Source of the DNA: Gammaproteobacteria bacterium
GTDB taxonomy: Bacteria > Pseudomonadota > Gammaproteobacteria > JAADHS01
Assembly: GCA_013151745.1 (NCBI GenBank)
Contig: JAADHS010000202.1
Location: forward strand, 818-64,817
Direction: 5' to 3'
DNA length: 64,000 bases
A model generated the notes under the pieces. It searched no databases. It was given only the letters and a program-made list of their open reading frames with translations, and had not been told where the DNA came from. Numbering within the stretch: the first letter of the stretch is position 1; each line of letters opens with the position of its first letter. Positions 44,104 to 53,583 of the stretch are shown here, piece by piece. The position numbers were made by a program, and so were the translations under genes.

Positions 44104-46323
44104 ATGAGTGGTAACGATATCAACCGCAGAAAATTTTTAAAAGTGATGGGCTGGGGCGGCGCTGGGGCAGCACTGGCTGGCTGCGATATGCCAACAACAG
44201 TCACTTTGGAAGAAGGTAAAGAAACTGTTGTTTCGTATTTAATGCCTGAAGAGTATGTTATTCCAGGGCAAGGTGTTTATTTTGCTTCCACTTGCCAACA
44301 ATGTCCGGCGGGATGCGGTGTACATGGCCGAGTGCGAGAAGGTCGTGTGCTCAAACTTGAAGGTAATGCCGTTTCACCCATTAATGAGGGTGGGCTTTGT
44401 CAAATGGGTCAGGCAGGTGTACAAACTCATTACAATCCGGATCGCTTAACCAAACCGTTATTGCGTAAAGGGGGTTCATTAAGCGAGGTGACATGGGAAG
44501 AGGCTCTGGCTGCGCTGGATGAAAAAATAGGTGCAAATTCGAGTGTTGAAGGTGGCAAGGTTGCTTGGATGACTGGCACGGTAAGTGGCCATCAATCAGT
44601 GTTGTTAGAAGGGTTGTTAGAGTCTTTAGGGGGCGCTAAACATTACGTCTATGATTTGATCAATAATCATGTTGCTGCACAAGTGAATGAGGCAATGTAT
44701 GGCACAACCCGCCCGACTTATCATCTGACGAAGGCTAAAGCGGTTTTGTCGTTTGGTGCAGATCTAGTCGGTGTTTCTCAATCCCCCGTACACTTTGCTG
44801 CTGAATATGCAAAATTCCGAGAAGCACCACGCGGTGTGCTCATACAAGTTGAACCTAATATGTCTCTGACAGGCGGTAATGCTGACTTGTGGGTGCCTGC
44901 TAAGCCCGGTACGGAAGGCGCACTGGCTATGGGTATTGCCCATGAGTTGATTAATAATCATGGGAAAGATGCCAGCGCGTTGCCCTCTGGTTTAAATGGA
45001 AAAATAAAAGCTTATGATCTGGCCAAAGTTGAAACTCTGACTGGGGTTCCTACGGATAAAGTGAAGTCTATCGCAAAAATTCTGGCAGAAAAAGCACCGA
45101 GCTTGATACTAACAGGGGCTTCAATTGAGTCCTCAGAGAATGGTTATGCTGCGACGGCAGCCGCGGCCATGTTAAATGTTTTATTAGGCAATGTGGGCGA
45201 AACCATTACTTCTTCTGGTGGTTTCCCGTTTCCACAGCTGGATGCCAAAACGGGTTCGGGTGCCGATTTACTACAGTTTGCTGATGCCGCAGGCAAAGGT
45301 GCAATTGATGTTGTATTTTTTCATGGTGTGAACCCAGTTTTTACTGCACCAGGCTATTTAGATTTGGAAGCGGGATTAGGGAAAATTCCTTTTAAAGTTT
45401 CGTTGTCTTTGTTTGCGGATGAAACAACAAACCAGGCCGATCTGGTACTTCCTTTAGCTTCAGCGTTGGAAGATTGGGGCACTCATGTTCCCGCTTATCA
45501 GCCTGAACAATCCGTCATCGCTATGCAGCAACCCTTAATGGAAAAACTATATCCTGCAACGAAAGGCTTTGGTGATATTTTGCTCGATATGCTGAAGTTA
45601 CGTAAAGTTGAAGGCTATACAGATTTTTCTGATTATTATGCCTTTTTACAAGATGCGTTTGCGGCACTGCCTGCAGAGTTCAAAAATGGTGTTGACAATG
45701 CGTCATTCTGGAATCAAACATTAGCCTCTGGTTTTATTTCTATTCCAAAACAAAATGCCAGCATTACAGCCAATGCCTTAGATATTGCCGTCACCTTGCC
45801 AGGTGAAAATATAAACTATGGCTTGAGCTTGCTTCCTGCAATACGCTTGGGTATGTGGGATGGGCGGCATGCGAATATACCTTGGTTACAAGAGGCGCCC
45901 GACCAAATTACCAAAGCTGTTTGGGGTTCCTGGGCTGAGATTCATCCAAAAACTGCATCGCGTTTAGGTTTGGCGACTGGAGATTTTATTAAAGTTGAAT
46001 CTGTAAAAGGTGATGTGGAAGTCCCCGTCTATGTCTATCGTGGTGTGTTTCCTGATTCAGTTGCTGTCTCAGTTGGCCAAGGACATCAGGCTTATGGTCG
46101 TTATGCGGAAGGTCGTGGTGTTAATCCTTTAACTATATTGGATAGCGCCACGGATGGAAAGACGGGTGAGCCTGCCCTTTATGGTACGCGGGTTAAAGTC
46201 TCAAAAGTAGCTGTAAATAAAGATGAAATATTAGTTCAGTTTGGGGGTAGCGAATCTCAGGTTGGGCGTAAACTTGCAGCTACAATCACTGCAGAAGTGT
46301 TTAATCGCACTGAGGGAGCGTAA
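44104..46323 (+). CDS. actB: Alternative complex III subunit ActB1 (Tat-exported molybdopterin-oxidoreductase-like domain)
   Basis: Tat signal NRRKFLKVMGWGGAGAALAGC, N-terminal Cys cluster CQQCPAGCGVHG and the complex-iron-sulfur-molybdoenzyme fold; 739 aa. It is followed directly by a separate Fe-S subunit, so ActB is split. Confidence 0.75.
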   Translation: MSGNDINRRKFLKVMGWGGAGAALAGCDMPTTVTLEEGKETVVSYLMPEEYVIPGQGVYFASTCQQCPAGCGVHGRVREGRVLKLEGNAVSPINEGGLCQMGQAGVQTHYNPDRLTKPLLRKGGSLSEVTWEEALAALDEKIGANSSVEGGKVAWMTGTVSGHQSVLLEGLLESLGGAKHYVYDLINNHVAAQVNEAMYGTTRPTYHLTKAKAVLSFGADLVGVSQSPVHFAAEYAKFREAPRGVLIQVEPNMSLTGGNADLWVPAKPGTEGALAMGIAHELINNHGKDASALPSGLNGKIKAYDLAKVETLTGVPTDKVKSIAKILAEKAPSLILTGASIESSENGYAATAAAAMLNVLLGNVGETITSSGGFPFPQLDAKTGSGADLLQFADAAGKGAIDVVFFHGVNPVFTAPGYLDLEAGLGKIPFKVSLSLFADETTNQADLVLPLASALEDWGTHVPAYQPEQSVIAMQQPLMEKLYPATKGFGDILLDMLKLRKVEGYTDFSDYYAFLQDAFAALPAEFKNGVDNASFWNQTLASGFISIPKQNASITANALDIAVTLPGENINYGLSLLPAIRLGMWDGRHANIPWLQEAPDQITKAVWGSWAEIHPKTASRLGLATGDFIKVESVKGDVEVPVYVYRGVFPDSVAVSVGQGHQAYGRYAEGRGVNPLTILDSATDGKTGEPALYGTRVKVSKVAVNKDEILVQFGGSESQVGRKLAATITAEVFNRTEGA

Positions 46324-46325
46324 AA

Positions 46326-47174
46326 ATGTCATTGCAGAATGTTCTTACTAACTGGTCTCAATATCGTAAAACTCATGAAGATGGTGGGTTTTATGACTAT
46401 GAGCATATGTGGGGGATGTCCGTAGACTTGAATAAGTGTACGGGTTGTAACGCCTGTTCTGTTGCGTGTTATGCAGAAAACAATTTGGCGGTTGTCGGCA
46501 AAGAAAAGTTCGATAAAGGCCAGGGTATGCACTGGATGCGTGTTGAACGATATTGGGATGAACCTGACTTGGCAGCAGGCGAAAGCACGGAATTTTCAGA
46601 GCATGGTGGCAGTTTTTTGCCGATGATGTGTCAGCAATGTAATGCGGCGACTTGTGAGCCTGTTTGCCCGGTTGCCGCAACATACCATACACCTGATGGC
46701 TTAAATGCACAGGTTTATAATCGCTGTATCGGATCACGGTATTGCTCAAATAATTGCCCTTATCGTTTACGATATTTTAACTTTTACTCTTATTACGAAT
46801 CTTCATGGCCTGAACCTTTAAACATGCAGTTAAATCCTGATTTGTCTGTGCGTGACAAGGGCGTTATGGAAAAATGTACTTTTTGTGTTCAGCGGATACG
46901 TGTGGCTAAAGATACAGCAAGCCGGGAAAATCAAGCCCTTGTCGACGGAGATATTACGCCAGCTTGTGTTCAAACATGTCCAACTAAAGCCTTGGTTTTT
47001 GGTGATCTGATCAATACGGAAAGCAAGCTTTCTAAACTTTGGGCCTCTCACGAAGTTGAATTGGGTAAAACAGAGCAGCATAAGAAAAATAAAGAAAAGC
47101 GGGGTTACCGTGTATTTGAAGAACTCAATACGGATCCCTGTGTTATGTACTTGGAAAGAGTGAAAGAAGTATAA
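46326..47174 (+). CDS. actB: Alternative complex III subunit ActB2 (four-cluster ferredoxin, PsrB/NrfC-like)
   Basis: Four Cys motifs (CTGCNACSVAC; CQQCNAATCEPVCP; CIGSRYCSNNCPY; CTFC...CVQTCP); 282 aa. Confidence 0.75.
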   Translation: MSLQNVLTNWSQYRKTHEDGGFYDYEHMWGMSVDLNKCTGCNACSVACYAENNLAVVGKEKFDKGQGMHWMRVERYWDEPDLAAGESTEFSEHGGSFLPMMCQQCNAATCEPVCPVAATYHTPDGLNAQVYNRCIGSRYCSNNCPYRLRYFNFYSYYESSWPEPLNMQLNPDLSVRDKGVMEKCTFCVQRIRVAKDTASRENQALVDGDITPACVQTCPTKALVFGDLINTESKLSKLWASHEVELGKTEQHKKNKEKRGYRVFEELNTDPCVMYLERVKEV

Positions 47175-47248
47175 GTGTTTTGCACTACGAGAGTTGCTAA
47201 TTTAGTTGGCGTAAATGGACGAAAAAGCCTAACGTTTCGAGGGGCAGT

Positions 47249-48697
47249 ATGAAAGACATTAACGAAGATATAAAGTGGGCACAGATTAATAAAGATGTGC
47301 TCCGGAGTATGGAAAATCCCAGAAGGGGGTATTGGATTGCACTTATTGCGTGTGTCGCAATGATTGCCTGTGCGGTTGCGGCTGAAATATATCAGTACCA
47401 ATATGGAATGGGTACGGCGAACCTAAACTGGCCCCATATGTGGGATTTATACATTGCGACCTTCATTTTCTGGATTGGTATGAGTCATTCAGGAACCTTA
47501 TTGTCAGCAATTTTACATATTATTCATGCGGACTGGCGTAAGCCGATTTATCGTTTTGCTGAAGCCATGACCACCTTCTCATTGATGACAGCTGGGCTAT
47601 TTCCTATGATCCACTTAGGACGTGTCTGGAATTTATACTGGGTACTCCCTTATGTGACTGATCGTGGAATATGGCCGAACTTTCGTTCTCCCTTGGTTTG
47701 GGATGCTTTTGCAATTTCTACCTATTTAACTTCATCTGCGATTTTCTTATTTATAGGTATGATTCCAGATTTGGCTATTTGTCGTGACAATGCTCGTGGC
47801 TGGCGGAAAAAATTATATACCGCACTCTCTCTAGGTTGGAGAGGTGATGACAGGCAGTGGCGTAACTTCCGTCGTACCTATTTGGTTATGGCGTGTTTCT
47901 TGATCCCTCTTGCGGTATCCGTTCATTCGATCGTATCGTCTGATTTTGCAATGTCAATTATGCCGGGTTGGCACATCACTACCTTTCCACCTTACTTTGT
48001 GGCGGGTGCCTTGTACTCTGGTTGCGCCGCAATCATTACCTTGTTTGTCTTGTTACGTTACTTCTTCCGTTTTGAAGAGTACATGACCATATCCGTTCTT
48101 GAAAAGACCTGTAAGCTGACGTTCGCCATCGCGATGGTGTGGACTTACCTGAACCTGATCGAGTTTGCTTCTGTATGGTACGGTCACGATGTTCCAAGTA
48201 AAGAAGTCTTAATGGATAAGTTTGTAGGGCCTTATGCACCTTACTTTTGGGTGATGATCTTTTGTGGTTCGGTGATGCCCTTTGCCTTTGCTTTCCGTAA
48301 GCTGCGTCGACATATCCCCAGTATGTTTGTATTGTCAATTATCCTTAACCTCGGTATGTGGCTGGAACGCTGGATGATTGTTACACCCACGCTGAGTCTT
48401 GGTTATCATCCCATTGCGTTCGATACGATGTGGCCGAGTATGATCCAATGGGCTATTGTATTTGGTAGTTTTGGCTGGTTTGGCATGTTATTCCTGGTTT
48501 TTGTGAAAGTCTTTCCATCTGTATCGATGTATGAAGTTAAAGAGATGGTTTATCACCGTCGTGGATTGGCAGGCAAGGATCCTGATGCAGTGTTACATTC
48601 ACGCACAGGGAGCGATGATAGGCCGTCTTCCTCATCATCAGGCGGTGGTGGATCTCCGGGTGGTGGAACACCCGCGCCGGGCTTAGAAGGAGCTTAA
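47249..48697 (+). CDS. actC: Alternative complex III subunit ActC (NrfD/PsrC-like polytopic quinol-binding membrane subunit)
   Basis: 482-aa ORF with ~10 TM helices and a Gly/Ser-rich C-terminal tail; third position in the act operon. Confidence 0.7.
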   Translation: MKDINEDIKWAQINKDVLRSMENPRRGYWIALIACVAMIACAVAAEIYQYQYGMGTANLNWPHMWDLYIATFIFWIGMSHSGTLLSAILHIIHADWRKPIYRFAEAMTTFSLMTAGLFPMIHLGRVWNLYWVLPYVTDRGIWPNFRSPLVWDAFAISTYLTSSAIFLFIGMIPDLAICRDNARGWRKKLYTALSLGWRGDDRQWRNFRRTYLVMACFLIPLAVSVHSIVSSDFAMSIMPGWHITTFPPYFVAGALYSGCAAIITLFVLLRYFFRFEEYMTISVLEKTCKLTFAIAMVWTYLNLIEFASVWYGHDVPSKEVLMDKFVGPYAPYFWVMIFCGSVMPFAFAFRKLRRHIPSMFVLSIILNLGMWLERWMIVTPTLSLGYHPIAFDTMWPSMIQWAIVFGSFGWFGMLFLVFVKVFPSVSMYEVKEMVYHRRGLAGKDPDAVLHSRTGSDDRPSSSSSGGGGSPGGGTPAPGLEGA

Positions 48698-48699
48698 TA

Positions 48700-49227
48700 A
48701 TGAAAAAATATAAAATCATGGGCTTGTTTGCCAACTTTGGTGAGGCTTTTAATGTGATTAAGGATGTTGGCGAAGGTAAGCTTAAGGGAGCGAGTATTGA
48801 CGATATCACGACTAAGTCTCCTATTGAGCATCCTGAAATCGACGAGGTTCTCGGGCCTAGAAAATCTCACGTGCCCAAATTCACTCTCTGTGGTGCGATA
48901 TTTGGCATAACGTTTGGCTTCTTATTTCTTGCTGCTGCACAAGCCAATTTTCTGGTACAGCCGCAAGGTGGAAAAGCAGTCATTCCTATTCCGTCAAATA
49001 TAGTATTAACCTATGAAATGATGATTTTGTTTGCAGTGCTAAGTACGGTTGCAGGTTTTATGATCACAGCAAGAATGTTTACTAAACGCAGCCCACTATA
49101 TAGTGAAAAGGTTGGTGTCGATCAAATAGGTATTATCATTGATCTTGATGACTCTAATCTGGAAGCGGCTAAAGAGTTGTTGAAATCTCATCAGGTGCTT
49201 GAGATACGTGAAGAGGTAGTGAAATGA
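48700..49227 (+). CDS. actD: Alternative complex III subunit ActD
   Basis: 175-aa ORF with two central TM helices, translationally coupled to both neighbours (it overlaps actE by 4 bp). Confidence 0.6.
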   Translation: MKKYKIMGLFANFGEAFNVIKDVGEGKLKGASIDDITTKSPIEHPEIDEVLGPRKSHVPKFTLCGAIFGITFGFLFLAAAQANFLVQPQGGKAVIPIPSNIVLTYEMMILFAVLSTVAGFMITARMFTKRSPLYSEKVGVDQIGIIIDLDDSNLEAAKELLKSHQVLEIREEVVK

Positions 49228-49781
49228 GACGAATGGGTTTAGCTACTGCGGCATGTTTGTTGCCGTCAATAGTATTTGCATGGCCTTGGTCGACAGATAT
49301 GATGAATCAGCCAAGTATAAAGCCTCAAGAATTAGGGAATGGGACGACAGAAATGGCCGCATTTCCTGTTCGTTCAGTGCCTGTTCAAGGGCTTGCTACC
49401 AAAGTGAAAAATCGCGAGGAGGCAAAAACATTAACGAACCCGATTCCAGCGACGGCAGAATCATTAAAGACAGGTCGTACCTTGTTTCGTATCTATTGTT
49501 CAGCCTGTCATGGTTTGACTGGAAGGGGTGAATCGCCCGTAACGAATAAAATAGGTGCAATTGCCTTAAATGATGACTATGTTCAAAAAACACTAACCGA
49601 AGGTTGGATTTATGGAACTATTACTTTTGGTAGTTTTGTGATGCCAGCATATGGTGTGCCGGGGGGTAATGCTGAGCGACGAGGTTCCAATGACTTGGAT
49701 GTAGAAGAACGATGGCATGTTGTCAATTATGTACGCAATGGTTTAGTTAACGAGCCCGCCGTGAAAACGGCCTCTAAATAA
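49224..49781 (+). CDS. actE: Alternative complex III subunit ActE (monohaem cytochrome c)
   Basis: Signal/anchor sequence and a single CSACHG haem motif; 185 aa. Confidence 0.7.
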   Translation: MRRMGLATAACLLPSIVFAWPWSTDMMNQPSIKPQELGNGTTEMAAFPVRSVPVQGLATKVKNREEAKTLTNPIPATAESLKTGRTLFRIYCSACHGLTGRGESPVTNKIGAIALNDDYVQKTLTEGWIYGTITFGSFVMPAYGVPGGNAERRGSNDLDVEERWHVVNYVRNGLVNEPAVKTASK

Positions 49782-49828
49782 CTAATTATGTTTAAACTAT
49801 TTAATATTATGAGGCCAGAGGGTTAGCT

Positions 49829-50905
49829 ATGGAGAACTTTGGTAGTTGGTCGGTATTAACGACAAATTTTTTAATTGTGCTGTATCTTGCGCTTAATGGC
49901 GTAACACTTGCGGCGGTTTTGCATCTCGTTAATGGGAAGTGGCGTTTTAAGGTTCGCAATATTGCGGTCTCAATGGCGGCCTTGTTTCCCTTGGCATTTG
50001 TGTTATTGATATTGGTGTTGGCAAATGGTGAACATACGTTTACATGGGTGGCTGCGGCTGCACATGGCGGCGGGCATGGAGATGCAGAACATCATTTGTC
50101 TGGGTGGTTAAATTATGACTTTTTGGTTGCCAGGCAAGTAATAGGCTTCTTTATTATGGCGGGGCTCTATACGTTGTTTATCAAGTGGCAGCATGAAAGT
50201 GATGTTGATAGTTCTTATGCCGCGCAAAGGCGGTTTCGTAACATTGCTTTGCTGATTCCATTTTTCTACTTTGTCTATGGAACCATGGTTGCGTGGGATT
50301 TTGAGATGACGCAAGATCCTTTGTGGCATAGTGCGAGTTATGGTGTTTACCATTTTCAAAGTAATTTCCACATGTATTTAGCTTTCTTAACGGTCTTGCT
50401 GTTCTTCCTGAATCGTTCTGGAAGCCTAGAAGAAGAAATTGAGCCGAAAATATTCAATTATATGGCGCAGTTTATGCTCGCAATGACAATATTGTGGACC
50501 TATTTTTATTTCACTCAGTATCTGATTATGTGGTACGGGCGTCTGCCAATGGAGATGGGGCGTTTCGATGCCATGATGTATAATGGTTTTGCACCGCTGT
50601 GGTGGACTTTCTTGACCTTGAAATTTATTATTCCACTGGCTACTTTAGTCATCAATCCGAATCGACATAATCCTCCGGTGATTGTCGCTGTAGCATGTTG
50701 TATTTTGTTAGGTAGCTGGATTGAGCGTTATACGTGGATTGCAGGATCTGTTGACCCTGCTGACTACCATATGCCTATGAGTTCGTTTGTTGATATTGCT
50801 TTAACAGCTTTGGTTATCGGTGCAGGCTATTACTCAGTAAGATTTGCAATGCTTCGTTATGGTATTATCAGGCGGAAAACAGACGTAGAAGTAAAAGTAG
50901 AATAA
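49829..50905 (+). CDS. actF: Alternative complex III subunit ActF (second NrfD-like membrane subunit)
   Basis: 358-aa polytopic membrane protein, the last gene of the operon, followed by a strong terminator. Confidence 0.65.
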   Translation: MENFGSWSVLTTNFLIVLYLALNGVTLAAVLHLVNGKWRFKVRNIAVSMAALFPLAFVLLILVLANGEHTFTWVAAAAHGGGHGDAEHHLSGWLNYDFLVARQVIGFFIMAGLYTLFIKWQHESDVDSSYAAQRRFRNIALLIPFFYFVYGTMVAWDFEMTQDPLWHSASYGVYHFQSNFHMYLAFLTVLLFFLNRSGSLEEEIEPKIFNYMAQFMLAMTILWTYFYFTQYLIMWYGRLPMEMGRFDAMMYNGFAPLWWTFLTLKFIIPLATLVINPNRHNPPVIVAVACCILLGSWIERYTWIAGSVDPADYHMPMSSFVDIALTALVIGAGYYSVRFAMLRYGIIRRKTDVEVKVE

Positions 50906-50933
50906 CTCCTAATTTTAGAGTTTTACTACAGAG

Positions 50934-50965
50934 AAAAGGCGTGTTTTTACACGCCTTTTTTTATG
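50934..50965 (+). terminator. Rho-independent terminator of the act operon
   Basis: aaggcgtgt-tttta-acacgcctt followed by TTTTTT. Confidence 0.75.
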
Positions 50966-51220
50966 CTTGTTCTATGAGGAAAATTTTGGTTGAGGTAGGT
51001 CTGACGGAGAAAAACGAGCGAAGTTTGAGTGATTTTATATATCGTCGTGACGGACGCAGCAGTGCGGTGTTGGGGGAAAAGGAATGGGTTGTCAGTAAGC
51101 AAGGCGATTCTGGCAGGGGTGCTATAAAATCAATGCCGAGGTAGCGAGACTATTGGTTTTTTAAGATTAAATTATTGAGTCGTTTGCTCTCACTTCCTTC
51201 TTTCGAAGGAGGGTGGCTAT

Positions 51221-51892
51221 CTATCGCTGCGCATCGTGAAGCATGCTTAGATATTTGCGCCGACTGTCGATGCTTTTCATTAGCATGACAAGATGCTTGT
51301 AGACGGTGCCAATTTCTCGTCTTGCCTTTCCTCGGGGTTGAAATTCATGAACCGTTTGACCGCAAAAAGCAGCGTCACTAAAAGATAAGCGATAGCCCAC
51401 TGTGTAGGGGCAGATAAGTACATTGAAGTTATTAATGACTTTAATGGCATCATGGTAGCGACTGCGACGAAGAGGTACGTTGTTCATAACAACCAAGGCT
51501 TTAGCCAGGCCCAGGTTTTGCAGTGTCAGAGGAATGCTTTCAAAGTCATAAACTTGAGGCCTGCAAGGAATGATGGCCCAAGACGCAGCTTTAGCTGCAG
51601 CAGAGGTTGCTGGATGAGCACCTGCTGGGGTATCTATAACAACAAAATCTACATCGTTTTGCTTTGCTTTAGCCAAAGCGTTGGGCAAGTCTGAAGCGGT
51701 GCTTTCAATTATTGCAGGGCAGTCGTTATTTCGACGAGCGCTCCAATTTAAAGCAGATGTTTGTGGGTCAAGATCAACAACCAGAGTGTTGTGTCCTGCG
51801 AGTTGGGCTTCGACGGCCAGCGATAAGGCCAGTGTCGTTTTCCCCGTGCCACCTTTGTGGGCTATAACAGCGATGATATCCATATGCTCCAT
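51221..51892 (-). CDS. Orphan ParA/MinD-family P-loop ATPase (small ParA, deviant Walker A KGGTGKTT)
   Basis: MDIIAVIAHKGGTGKTTLALSLAVEAQLAGHNTLVVDLDPQ.... It is 223 aa, and no ParB or centromere-like partner ORF is adjacent. Confidence 0.8.
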   Translation of the reverse strand: MEHMDIIAVIAHKGGTGKTTLALSLAVEAQLAGHNTLVVDLDPQTSALNWSARRNNDCPAIIESTASDLPNALAKAKQNDVDFVVIDTPAGAHPATSAAAKAASWAIIPCRPQVYDFESIPLTLQNLGLAKALVVMNNVPLRRSRYHDAIKVINNFNVLICPYTVGYRLSFSDAAFCGQTVHEFQPRGKARREIGTVYKHLVMLMKSIDSRRKYLSMLHDAQR

Positions 51893-52205
51893 AAAATACT
51901 ATAATTTGAGCAAGTCTTCCAGTGTTTATGCAAGGATTTAGTTGTTCTCGGTCGAGTATGAATTAAACCTAGAAAACGCAGCAAAAAGGTGAAAAATATT
52001 CTTGTTTGCGGTAAAGTTAGAGGTTCACTTTTCAGGTTTTAGTGTATATATATCCTCTAATAATTTTGGGTAATTCTCGAAAATAGAGACCATAGCGAGC
52101 CCAATACCCGTATTACAGTTGCCGAAAGCTTAACCTGTTTTTGGGTAGCCTTTCAGAGGCGGTATATTACTAAAGCAATTCAAAAATATTTTAAGGTAAA
52201 GAATA

Positions 52206-52874
52206 ATGACAGATTTTAAAATTGCCCCTTCCATTCTTTCGGCGGATTTTGCTCGTTTGGGAGAAGAAGTAGACCATGTTCTAAGTTCCGGTGCAGATAT
52301 TGTTCATTTTGATGTTATGGATAACCATTATGTACCCAATTTAACGATCGGCCCCTTGGTATGTGAAGCTTTAAGAAAACATGGTGTCACCGCGGATATT
52401 GATGTGCATTTAATGGTCAAGCCCGTTGACCGTATCATCCCTGATTTTGCAAAAGCCGGTGCGACCTACATTACGTTTCATCCCGAAGCGTCGCTGCATG
52501 TCGATCGTACTTTGCAGTTGATTCGAGAGCAGGGATGTAAGTCGGGTTTAGTTTTCAATCCAGCCGCTTCTCTGGATGCATTGCAGTATGTGATGGATAA
52601 GGTTGATATGATTTTGCTGATGTCGGTGAATCCCGGTTTTGGTGGGCAGAAATTTATTCCTTCTACTCTGGATAAACTCCGTCAAGCTCGGAAATTGATT
52701 GACGACAGTGGCCTGGATATTCGTTTGGAGGTGGATGGAGGGGTCAAGGTCGATAACATTCGTGACATTGCCGCCGCCGGTGCGGATACGTTTGTTGCAG
52801 GTTCAGCTATTTTTAATACCGATGACTATAAAGCGACGATTGATGCCATGCGTGCGGAACTAGCAAAAGCCTGA
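52206..52874 (+). CDS. rpe: Ribulose-phosphate 3-epimerase
   Basis: [17 protein letters not shown]...[18 protein letters not shown]; 222 aa. Confidence 0.95.
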   Translation: MTDFKIAPSILSADFARLGEEVDHVLSSGADIVHFDVMDNHYVPNLTIGPLVCEALRKHGVTADIDVHLMVKPVDRIIPDFAKAGATYITFHPEASLHVDRTLQLIREQGCKSGLVFNPAASLDALQYVMDKVDMILLMSVNPGFGGQKFIPSTLDKLRQARKLIDDSGLDIRLEVDGGVKVDNIRDIAAAGADTFVAGSAIFNTDDYKATIDAMRAELAKA

Positions 52875-52896
52875 AGCTTTGATTGGAGATAAGGCC

Positions 52897-53577
52897 ATGT
52901 TAGATTCCAAGCCGGAATTAATTTTAATTGATCTCGACGGTACTCTCATCGACAGTGTTCCTGATTTAGCCTATTGCGTTAATGTTACGATGAGAGCCTT
53001 AGGCCGGGCAAGTTGGCCAGAAACTAAAGTCAGAGGGTGGGTCGGTAATGGTGTCGAACGTTTGGTTAAGCGTAGCTTGCTGGGCCAGCTCGATGGCGAG
53101 CCGGAAGATGCTATTTTTAAAACAGCAATCGATGTCTTTATGGCAACCTATGCGGATAATGTGAGTGGTCGTAGTGGTCTCTACCCGGGTGTCATCGAGG
53201 GCCTGGATGGTTTGGTGAAAATGGGGTATCGCTTGGCTTGTGTGACCAATAAAGCGGCGCGTTTTACGGAACCCTTGCTTGCTGATATGGGTATTTTTGA
53301 TCGGTTTGAATTGATTGTCAGTGGTGACACCACTGCGAAGAAAAAACCCGATCCATTACCCCTGTTGTATGCAGCAGAAAAAACAGGTGTCTTGCCAGCC
53401 GCCGCGTTGATGGTGGGTGATTCAGTTAATGATGTTACCGCAGCACGCAGTGCCGGGTTTCAAGTCGTCTGTGTTCCTTATGGCTATAATCATGGTAATG
53501 ATATTCGTGACGCTAAGCCGGATGCCGTCATTGATGATTTATCGCAATTGCCGGATTTATTAAGCAAGCTGGGTTAG
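52897..53577 (+). CDS. gph: Phosphoglycolate phosphatase (HAD family)
   Basis: HAD motif I LILIDLDGTLIDS and motif IV MVGDSVNDV. GGAGATAAGGCC-ATG start; the track's upstream TTG start was rejected. Conserved rpe-gph-trpE order. Confidence 0.85.
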   Translation: MLDSKPELILIDLDGTLIDSVPDLAYCVNVTMRALGRASWPETKVRGWVGNGVERLVKRSLLGQLDGEPEDAIFKTAIDVFMATYADNVSGRSGLYPGVIEGLDGLVKMGYRLACVTNKAARFTEPLLADMGIFDRFELIVSGDTTAKKKPDPLPLLYAAEKTGVLPAAALMVGDSVNDVTAARSAGFQVVCVPYGYNHGNDIRDAKPDAVIDDLSQLPDLLSKLG

Positions 53578-53583
53578 TAAGGC

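Noticed and set aside
50941-51144. 67-aa plus-strand ORF after actF
   Set aside because: Its start codon lies inside the act terminator hairpin, and it has no Shine-Dalgarno.
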